Assembly (NCBI RefSeq): GCF_033153115.1
Contig: NW_026889802.1
Span: 1,860,001-1,924,000, forward strand
DNA length: 64,000 nucleotides
Direction: 5' to 3'
Source of the DNA: Saccostrea echinata
Taxonomy: Eukaryota
Shown in pieces: positions 39,201 to 51,200 of this stretch (position 1 is its first letter; every line of letters starts with the position of its first letter). The notes under the pieces were generated by a model. That model was not told where the DNA came from, searched no databases, and saw only the letters and a list, made by a program, of their open reading frames with translations. The position numbers were made by a program, and so were the translations under genes.

Positions 39201-42200
39201 CATGGATTTATTTTAATTTTTATTCGTAGTTAATAAATGCTGCCTCCTTCATACAACCTAGGAACTGATCTCAGTCGGTCTACCTTTCAGCATAATTTAT
39301 GTCACATCTTTGCCCTTTCCAGCATACTGAGTATAACTATAGTAAATGACGACCTGTTGACTCTTTGTCCCCCTGAATACAATGTACAACAAAGCCATTA
39401 CTACTTTTCTTTCTTACACATGCTTTTGTTTACCTCTGTAACATAACGCTTTATTCGTTTTCACCGCTTAGAGAATTCTACACGGGAGATCACTCACAAT
39501 CCCCTTTTCATAAATGAAAAACCCATGTATTAAACCTTTTTTCTCCGGAAAACCCTGACTTGCCAATGTCCTTAAGCTCATTTTATAAGCATTATTTACA
39601 TGTAAGTTGCATATATATACCAAAAGTAGCAAATATCTCTCTATTATACATCAAATACCTTAAGATATGAAAATGAACATTTCAATTTCTATTAGATAAC
39701 TTGAAATATCCAGAAACTGAAAGTTTTCACTTGCATAAATAAATAAAATATGTATTAAAAAAATTGACCATTATGACAGAATTCAAAGTGCGTTAAGGCT
39801 AATTATATCAATGTCTTAAAATAGATATATACTGTAAATCTGGAAATTTTTACGTCAATTTATTTTTGCGAATCTGGGTCTAAAAGGTGTTGATTAATTT
39901 TTACGTTTTAAAATTTTGCGAATTGTCATTGGCGCTAAAAATAAAAAGCTCTTAAAATTTTCATAACGTACACTTTATAAGTTACAGATGTGCATACAAT
40001 GAATTATGCATGTACATACAATCACATTTCTTTCGTCGGGGTTTCATTATACACGAGAGTAAGTTCTTCGTTAATATCTGTTGTGCTAAGAATTTGTTGT
40101 TAGATAAAATAACTGGCCTTTCTTTCTTAGAGAAATAATTTAAAAGAGACATACTGCCAGTCAAACAATCGGACGATATTGAATGTAGTTAATGCAAGGA
40201 TTATCACGGGTAATTAGCTTGTAGTATGAACAGATGTTCACCGGGTTAAAAAAGACACCAGCTGTCAGAAAATTTTTTGTTTACATTTTTTGTTGTTGAT
40301 TTATTTTTAAGAAAAATATTTTTGCGAATGCAATGCACACACAAATTTGCTGAAAATCTATCTACAGTAAAAATTTCCAGATCTACGGTATTCAACCAGT
40401 CAAAATTCAACTTTAAGAATGGCTTATAAAAGAGTTTGAAGTATAATTGTAAATAAAGTCTACCTGCTGGTGCCTAGCTTGGCTATGATGCCATACATTT
40501 GGGATTTGTAGAGTGTGATCACCCCAATAGATGTTGAATCTACCCCGGCACTAATTAAAGCCTCTATCATAAATGCCACAAAATCTGCCTCCTTTTCATT
40601 TGAGAAACTTCCACTGGAGTCACTACTTTCTTGTCCATTAGAAACATCATAAAAACAAAGTGTGGGCAAGATATCCTAGGAGGAATTATCAAAGTTTATT
40701 CATCAGAATCACAAGCATATTGAAATATCACAAAATGTTAGTATCTAACTACAGGTAACTCTTGATAGCTCGAACTTCGATCTCTCGAAGTTCTTGATCG
40801 CTCGAAGTGAGTCTCCGGTCCCGAATTTTTCCCCTATATAACTAACCAAATTTACTCTTGATTTCTCGAACTCTTGATCTCTCGAAACCCTTGATCCCTC
40901 GAAGTCAAAATGCGGTCCCGTTATGCATATTCTATTGGAATTTACCCTCGATACCTCGAAGTGGCTTTGTGTATACAAGGTTATATAATTAGCACCTTTA
41001 CCTGGACATCTAAATGGCCCCAAGCAGAAGTCGCGGGTCTCGAGGAACGAGATGTTTATTCAGGTAACACTTATGCTGCGAGGTGATAATTGGTTTATGA
41101 TTAATCATATTTAGCCTATATGCTGTTTAAATATTCATCAACAACTGTCTTACGATAATTTAGAGACGCAGTGTAGTGAAAAGTAGTAGTCGGTTAAAAG
41201 ACGAAATACTAATTTAATTTTTATTTCGAGTCAGTGTCAAAGTTAAACGAAATATGAAAAAGCAGAAACAGCCTCAATGTCAATGCGACGAGTATTATTA
41301 GACAAATACAGAATTGCATTCAATGATCATGTTTGGAATAGTCAATGCTATGTACGACGCTGTAAAATGTCGTTTTTATGTAATGAATGTGTTGTATGAT
41401 GTCCATATTATAAAGAATAAATAAATATATATGAAATGACAATATACATTTTTTGCTTTACTCATTTTAATGAAATATTCATCTAAATTATGAAAAAATA
41501 TCGTTGTTTTATAAAGACCACATGTAAGAGGTTAGCACTGCATGAAAATCATTACATCCGGTAAGACTAATTTTAAAACCTGTCAACAAACCCTGAAAAT
41601 TCTGGACTCTTGAAAACTCGAACTCTTGATCTCTCGAAATTTTTCCTCGGTCCCACGGACTTCGAGGTATCGAGAGTTACCTGTATATTACAGTCTAATT
41701 TGCCTTTACCAAAACAGGTGCCCTGTCTGTGGCCTCAATACCATCCAGCAGCTGACCTTGATAAAACAAAGTGTTGGCAAGGTTGCTAATGACTGGGTGA
41801 CATCTATATTGTGTTCTCAGCAGAGTAGGAATGTGGCCCTGCAGTAGAAAATATCCATGTTTAAAAATCCACTTATAACTACTGTTTCTCAGCAGCAAGA
41901 CCTGAATTAGACTAAGACTAACAGTAATCAGAAATTGGTTCAAGTTCTACAGAGACAATCCTACCATTTTGATGAGTCTGTCAAACATTGTCTGCTCCAG
42001 TCCCTCTGAGTGGCTGGCCTCTGAACCTTGAATTGTCGGATCTAATTGCTACAAATTAAAATATTATACATGTATGTCAAACCTCTACTAATTCTGCTTG
42101 TGAATCCTCCAATGAGGAACAGGGATCTTTGTCAATAGACTTTCTTATTCAATAATTTAGTGTATGATAAGTGAGGAAAACGAAGACATGAGGACATACC

Positions 42201-45200
42201 TTAGGATCTCCTACAAGCACCAACTTCTCACAAGCACACTTAGACATAGGAAATAGAGATGCTGGCTCTGTCATCTGACTGCACTCATCTAATATAACCA
42301 CCTGTCAAAAATTCCAGACATCCATGAATCCGTTATTTATTTTCTGAGATTTTACTCTCTACACTGTAGTCTTTAATTTGGCTAACATAATAAAAAGAAA
42401 TGCAACAATGACATTTGCTTACTGGAAACTTTAAGTCTTTGAGACTGGGAGCAACACATGAAGCACAAGTGACCCCAACAACAGCAACACTGCCAAGCTT
42501 CTGAAATATTGAAAAAAGACGACTAGTTTGTTAATTTGTTTTTTTAAGATGATAGTTGAAAAATTTACTGTATTAAAGAAACACTTGACTTGTTACTACT
42601 GACAAAAAAGAAAAAAACACATGCACACAGACATATCAAACTTGAAAGAAATCAGTGACTGTGTAACTTATAAAAGTAGCAGTGACTATTAATTTTTAGA
42701 GTAACTTGCTTCTTTCATATTTCTAACATTACACAACTGAGTTATATGTATTTGTTAAAACTTCTGAAGACAAAAGAACAGATTTCAAATGCATAATAAA
42801 AGAAATCAATGTTAATAATTGCTGTTTGTGGCTTTTAAACTTACCTTCTTATTTTCACCAAGTTTATGTTTCTCTATACTTTGACGCACATTGCTAAAAA
42901 TACAAGTACAGTATTAAACAGATTTACAGATACCAGTATAAGTAAAACTTTTAAAATCACTTAATAATAATATAATAAACACTAGTTAAATTGATTCCAT
43001 CATCATTAGCCACAGGTTCTGATCTGATTGGAAATCTTTGTGAATGAAGATAGAATGTCAAATACACAAAAATTTTCATGTGCATGCATATATACATGAA
43101 TTACTTTAAATCAACACAAAAAATCAAGTTTATCTTGGTTTCACAAGTGAGTACAATAGTAATATCAGATATAAATCTTGTTAAGTATGGATCTTTAAAA
43201 TCACTTTAATCATTGCTTAATTATTACAATATGTTTAAACAAGAATCATTTATATATGTAAGCTTTTTTCAGACTCTGACTAGAGTGACACGTACTGTTT
43301 CTCTGAGGGACTGAGATCACCACTTCTCATCATTTCCTGTAGATCTTTAAGCTCCTGGCTTTCTGTACCAGTGGCATGTACACTACAACACAATACATAA
43401 TCAACAGCCAGTAATAATGTACATTACAACATAATCTTATGAACAGCCAGTAATAATGGCTACAATACATCTCTGCACAAGTGATTTTTATATACCGTAT
43501 CAGTGGAAATTTTAGCGAGACATAAATTTAGCTATTTACATGTATCATTAAATAATGGTAACTAATTTTTAGTGAGAATCAATTTTAATGATTTTAAAGT
43601 GCCTATTAAAGAAGCTATTACAAATAAAACGCAATTTATTTTTAGCGATATTCAATTTTAGCAATCTCTACACCCTCGCTAATAATGCCAAAATTAAATC
43701 CTTGCTAAAAATTCTGTTTATACAGTATCTAATAGAAGGAGGCAACATATAAGTCACTTTCTTTTCTTGAAAATACCACAACAGAACAACACTATACAAT
43801 TATTGACCTTTGATGAGGTCTACACAAGACTATATGGACCTGGTCAGGTATTGGTTGACCGAGGCCGAAGGCCAAGGTTAACCAATACCTGGCCAAGTCT
43901 GTATAGTCACAAGTAGACCAAATTCAAAAGTCAATAACCATTTCATTAAATAATCAGGAATTTTACCACGTTTTTGACACTAGTTCTTGTCTCTAACAAA
44001 TACAAACACTTATAATATTTACATTCAGTGTCATTTTCTTTATGAAATCCATTGTAAACCTACAACATTCAATACCCTATAACACACGTGAAACCTTGTC
44101 ACTGCATGGTAGAATACAGTTTAAAATCTGTTTAAAAGTGGAAAACTATATTATAAAACAATAAACATTCAACCATTAACTAATAAAGGAGTTTAGTCTT
44201 TGTGGTACTGGCATCTGTCATATTTACCATACCAACGACACATGCTTTAAAACATACAGTTTGATTGGTCAAAAAAAAAGGTAAGCCAATTTATGGTTGG
44301 TCAGAAGGGAAAACCCAAATAAACCTCTCAGAACTTCATTTTGAGGTGAACTCACTCTGAAGTACACCTCAGGAAAGGGAATCTAGACCAATCAGAGAGA
44401 ATCAAAATTCCTGATCATTTAATAAACTCATTTACAGACTAACCTGTAAGGTAACACTGGTTTAGCAATTTTCTTCATGCTCCCCACTCTAATAAAGTCT
44501 TCAAAGCCAATATCCAGTAATCTATAATGAATAAAATTTGTGTCTATGTAAAACCATATGTACAATAACTGTACTAAGTAAATGCGATTGAATTTGCAGA
44601 TGTATAATTTTGCTTACTTTTCCCATGGCACATTATTGCATGTGTTTGAATTCACTCAGTAACAAATTACTCTTCATTATATATACTCGTGTTTGAATTG
44701 TTACATAGATCTATACTTTAAAAGTCGAACATTTCTAGTGTTTAACTGAGCTGTCCAAACGAATTCCATGTTGGACTTGGTGAGATGTTGAACCACTCTT
44801 TTTTTTTTAACATCACACTATTCCTGAGCATAGGTGGGGTCAGCTATATATAATTTGCATTTGTTGATGTTCAACAATTACAGAACAGATTGATTAAAAT
44901 CTGCAGTGGGGTATAGGAAATTGACATCAAGATTTTCATCTTAAAATTGCAAACAAGGAAGCCAGCACAAAATATGTCCTTATTTAAAGTAAAAGGTATA
45001 ACAAAACATGTATGGATTTGGTTCTCAAGCAGAATGTGTTTTGTCAAACCCTTGAACCAAACTGTTGCCTTCTGCCTACAAGTTTCAAGGAAACATTTTT
45101 GGTTCTTGAGTCAAACAAAATGTATGTTGTCCTCAAAGCCAGTCAATAAATGTACAATGTTCCTAAAACTTCTTAACTTTTCTAAGACATTTCTTAATAT

Positions 45201-48200
45201 ATCTATAAATATTGGTATATATGAACAGTATTTTCCTGCAGTTACTTTGCATTAACTGAAATTGTAATTGTAATAGATTTCTCTTCGAGAGAAATATCAT
45301 GCAGTCTAAACCTCTCCAAGATAACCAATACCATATGCACCACATTTTCAATAACACCTACCCCATGAGAACCCTGTCCACAGCCACATTTGTGATAGAG
45401 GAAATGACACCTACCCCATGAGAACCCTGTCCACAGCCACATTTGTGATAGAGGAAATGACACCTATCCCATGAGAACCCTGTCCACAGCCACATTTGTG
45501 ATAGAGGAAATGACACCTACCCCATGAGAACCCTGTCCACAGCCACATTTGTGATGGAGGAAATGACACCTACCCCATGAGAACCCTGTCCACAGCAACA
45601 TTTATGATAGAGGAAATGACACCTACCCCATGAGAACCCTGTCCACAACCACATTTGTGATGGAGGAAATGACACCTACCCAATGAGAACCCAGTCCACA
45701 ACCACATTTGTGGTGGAGGAAATGACACCTACCCCATGAGAACCCTGTCCAAAGCCACATTTTGATGGAGGAAATGACACCTACCCCATGAGAACCCTGT
45801 CCACAGCCACATTTGTGATGGAGGAAATGACACCTACCCCATGAGAACCCTGTCCACAGCCACATTTGTGGTGGAGGAAATGACACCTACCCCATGAGAA
45901 CCCTGTCCACAGCCACATCTGTGATGGAGGAAATGACACCTACCCCATTAGAACCGTCCACAGCCACATTTGTGGTGGAGGAAATGACACCTACCCCATG
46001 AGAACCCTGTCCACTGCCACATTTGTGGTGGAGGAAATGAGGCCTACCCAATGAGAACCCTGTCCACAACCCCATTTGTGGTGGAGGAAATGACACCTAC
46101 CCCATGAGAATCCTGTCCACAGCCACATTTGTGGTGGAGGAAATGACACCTACCCCATGAGAACCCTGTCCACAGCCACATTTGTGGTGGAGGAAATGAC
46201 ACCTACCCCATGAGAACCCTGTCCACAGCCACATTAGTGATGGTGGAAATGACACCTACCCCATGAGAACCCTGTCCACAGCCACATTTGTGATGGAGGA
46301 AATGACACCTACCCCATGAGAACCCTGTCCACAGCCACATTTGTGGTGGAGGAGATGAGGATCTTCCAAGGGTAAGGTAGTCCTGGGGTGTAGCTTCCAT
46401 TCACTTCAAACACCCTCACTAGGAATCTTACCATAACAGACAACAGAAAGCTCTTCCCGGCACCGAACACTCCTACAACAAACCCTTAATAGTTGTCACA
46501 GTGAAAAGTCACTAGTATAACTTCTTTTGTATAGGAAAAGGCCCACAACTATACACTGAGTTACTATCCAATTTGTTAAAACAGCATTATCTTTACATTT
46601 TATAATTCTTGTCACACAAAAACATGTAGCTTGTATTTTGTGTTCAGTACAACTCAGATGTGATGTCACAGTGATAAACTGTTTTTGAAATAGGTAACTT
46701 TTACTTTCATGTGCTAGAACAATTTAAATATTACGTTAAACAATCTTGTTTTGCTGCGTACACAAAATGAGTACATAAATTTTCATTGCTTTATAAAGCA
46801 CATTATGTAAAATATATGCATATCTACTAGGTGACATAAAATAAAAGTAATCCCTTAATTGATACCAGATATTTGGTCCAAAATAATAGTGTGTAACTCT
46901 TGACCAAGTGAACTGTTACCAGAGATATAAATCAGTGCTATATTAAAAATGATCCAATGTTAAAATTGTTTATGGTATATTTATGATGAAAACAATCATA
47001 AAAAAGTACATTGTAGTTACTGTGTCCATCTGTAAAATCAAGGTGAAATAAAATATCTATAAGTGAATATCAAGGTGAAATGAAATATCTATGGGTAAAT
47101 TTATGTGAACTCATCCTCTCCATACCATGTATAAGAAGAAGGGAGGACACTTCACTGTGACTGTCCTCACAAAACATGGCTGCCAGTCTCCTTAATGCTG
47201 AACCCTGGTCCATGTTCAGAGAGTAGGTCATCATAAACTCAGTAACCAACTCATTCTGGAAAACAAAATAAGCATTAAATCTCTCTGAGTGTGCCTAACA
47301 AAGAGATTCTGGAACATTAAATAACCAAGTTATGACATGTGATGAAAAACAAGATCTTTTGAAGTACTAGAATCCATTCAGAGGAGAGCACATTTTTCTA
47401 CCATCAATTTGCGAGTCTCCAGCCTCAAAATTTATTTCAAAATTTTTTGTAAATAAATACTTCTGCATCAAATCATTAACCAATTTAATGGAAATACTTT
47501 ACAAAACTCCTATCAACAGTATAACATTGAGCACTTCTTAAAAACATTACCATTGCATATACAGGGACATGAATGTTAGAGGTTGATTTGCCCTGATTTA
47601 GTCTGGGAGGCTGGAATCTCTTGTGTGCCTTAGAAGCATCAGCACTGTCCCTAAATAAAACACAATACATAAATATTAAAGGAAGAATTTATCATTAACA
47701 ATATGATACAAGTTGTTTCACATTCAAAGTAATTCCTTTATTTACTATGCCACTTACACACTGAGAAGTTGGCTGAGTATGGGCAGACAACTCTGTTGTA
47801 CATTGTCCTGTATGTTGTCAAGGTAACTAAGCTCAGAACTGACATTTCCAGCTAACACAGCATGACAAGGAGCTGCAACAAATCACGGGAAATAGTAGAA
47901 AGACAGGCAAGAAATAATTTGGCATTTTTTTAAGCATTGTGTAGGAGGTTTGTTGTTCAGATTCAAGGTTTGTCAAGTAGCATTTAATTTACATACATGT
48001 ACAGTCAAACCTTAATATATCAAACACAGCTCTCAAAAATGTTCAAAATATGCATGTATAAGAGTTTCATGTTCATAATAAGATTAGGAACAAAGACTAC
48101 TATGGCATATCATGTTCAAGATACTGAAGCTCAACTGCAGTTCAAATATCATGGCAGTGGCTAAAATTGTAAACAGACAAATCAAAATTTCCTGGAATCT

Positions 48201-51200
48201 AGAAGATTTTTTAAAAATCTAGACTACTTTATAAACTATTTAATTTGCATGGATGTTATTCTTTGTTTGAATTTTTTATAATGATCAATTAAACAAAAGT
48301 ATTCATAAAATTACAAAAACCTTCATTCTTCCAATTAGAGGGTGAGAACTTGGACACTGGCTCAATCTCCACTTCATTCCCTGATGTTGGTCCATAGTAT
48401 GTGCTTTTGGCCAGAAAGGTACAAGTAGAATCAAAATTCAGATCTCTAGATACTATCCATAAATCATCTGAAATATAATATGCAATCAACTAAAGAAATT
48501 CATTTGATTAAAACAAATTAAGATTTAACTGTGATAATGTTTCAGATGAGGTCAAATTTTAATTCTCAGTTAGGGCATTTAAAATAATGTAACTGAAATG
48601 CTTTTCAAGTTTCGACGATTCTCATTTTTCTAACCTTTGGAGAACAGTGTTGAGGAATCTTTTCTGGATAATCGAATGAAGTATTTTCTTTGCATTTTAT
48701 TTTCCCTCTGGTACTTCTGTTTTGCCCATGGCTGAAGTGAAATTGAATATAGATGCATTTTTTTCGAATTCAGTAAAAAATAATGGATTGTCTACTGATT
48801 ACCAAGAGACTTACATTTTTGAAGTGGGCCAGAATGCTTTCCATTGACTTCTGCAGGTATTGGCACTGACAATAGAACATGATATGGTGCTGACGGAAAT
48901 ATGATGTCACACTGGCAGCATCTGTCAATCTTACCTTAGCTCCACCCATATGATGTAGCCCTACATTTCCACTGGAGTCAGCCCACTGGAAAAACTGTAT
49001 TACAAAATATGATAAACATGTACATGTATAACTACATTAGATACTTTAATACATGATGGTACAATGGTGGTACAATGATAAATACTTTTTCTGGGTCTAT
49101 TGTTTCTCAGAATAGATTATATACAGTATTCAGTGTACCTTACACCTCTGACTGACTGGGTTGGTACAGGAGTAGAAATATCTTCCTTTATTGGGTCCCT
49201 CCTTCCTGACTTGGATCAGTTTGGAGGAGACCCCACAGTGACAGGGGGGTAATGGGGGTCCTGTATCCCTAGACTGACTGCTCTGAGTGTTCTTCACTGA
49301 AATCAAGATTCATAAAAAATCTTAATATTGGTTATTGCTAAGAAGCTAGTGAAACATTATTTCATCAACTTTAATTTTTTTTGAGATATAAATGTGAAAT
49401 GAGAGATGTAAACAACAAATACCTGGAAATGTTAAACTTGTGGTATCTGTTTTTGACAAAACCTGATGATACTGCTTTGACAGATCAAACAAAATGATGT
49501 TCAAGTGCTCTGAAACCAAAGGAAGAATATTTTACATTTTCATTAACTTTAATAATCAAGAAAAGAACAAATAAATAAATTGTGGTAAAGTAGAGGTACA
49601 GATATGATCTAGTTGACATTGGGGCCTATTCATATTGATATAAATGATTTAAGTGCCTACTTGCACTGACCTCTGGGAGCTACTGATGAGGACCCCCAGT
49701 TGTATCCATATTGATCTGTAAGAGTTGTTAAGAGGACCTATTGCCAAATTGTATCTGTACTGAACTGTAAGAGTTGTTAAGAGGACCTATTGCCCAGTTG
49801 TATCTGTATAGATCTGTAAGAGTTGATATGAGGACTAATTGCCCAGTTGTATCCGTATTGATCTGTAAGAGTTGTTAAAAAGACCTATTGTCCAGTTGTA
49901 TTTGTATTGATCTGTAAGAGTTGATAAGAGGACCTATATCCCAGTTGTATCTGTATTGATCTGTAAGAGTTGCTAGGAGGACCTATTGCCCAGTTGTATC
50001 TGTATTGATCTGTAAGAGTTGATATGAGGACCTATTGTCCAGTTGTATCTGTATTGATCTGTAAGAGTTGATATGAGGACCTATTGTCCAGTTGTAGCTG
50101 TATTGATCTGTAAAAGTTGATATGAGGACTTACTGCCCAGTTGTAGCTGTATTGATATGAGGACCTATTGTACTGAGATCTGATTTGTGACCTCTGTGAC
50201 CTGAGAAGACAACTTATTTGTACACTTTCAATCTATTTGTATTGACTTCTGAGGATAGACATAGACTGTTTTTACTTCTCAACACAGATATGAGGACATG
50301 TATGTTGACCTTCACTTAGAGAGCAGGCCTGTTTGTGATGACACTATACAATTGTGTGTACACTGTATTAACACATGATGACCTGTTTGTTCCGACCTTT
50401 GAGAAGAAATATGCAGACATGTTTACAGGTTATACTTTCTAGAAAGATGATACCAATACCTTTTGTACTGAATTTTGAAGGCAAATATGAGGAATTGTGG
50501 GTACTATCCACTGAAAGGCTGAAACAAAGAGCTGTTTGATAATGTACTGACCTCTGAGAGCAGACATGAGGACCTGTTTGTATTGTAGAGGAGAGGAGAA
50601 CATGGTTGGTATGACAATCTTCCTGACTGGCGTGGGGTTGTTTTCTACCTCTGACAGACTGGCAAACTGAAGGTCATCCCATAAACTTCTCTGTAAGATA
50701 AGAGGATTTTAATGACTGAACAGTTCTTAAAGCATATAAACATTTTTTTTTTCCCTAGGCTAAAGAAAACTTCACAAACCTTTGTTCCAATTAAGATGTT
50801 TGGTGAGGAGGTAGAATTGATTATTGGAGGATTAAACCTCTTCTCACGGTTGATCTGTATCATAGAATCTGCTGAACTGTCTGTCTGTGGCACTCTCTGG
50901 CCAATAGGGGAGTTAACTTCAGAACTGGCTTTGGAGTTTGCACCAGCAAGTACTTTCTGATTGGTGGGTTTAGTGAGTACTATGTCTCCAGACTTGGGGG
51001 ACTGGCTGGCTGGAGAATTATACATGTATTTGTAAGACTTCTGCTCTGGGGATTCATACAGACTTGGGGAGGAACCTAGACATATAAGGTCAAGGTTAGG
51101 GGAAATTCCTACACACTGATTGGTGGAGTTTGTGAAGTTCTGATGATGTGAGGAATAACCTTTCTGCATGACATCTAAACTAGAAGAATCTGTGCTGTGG

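Noticed and set aside
45354-46353. CRISPR-like appearance of this and the other regular arrays
   Set aside because: Head-to-tail repeats with no unique spacers, no cas genes, eukaryotic intronic context.
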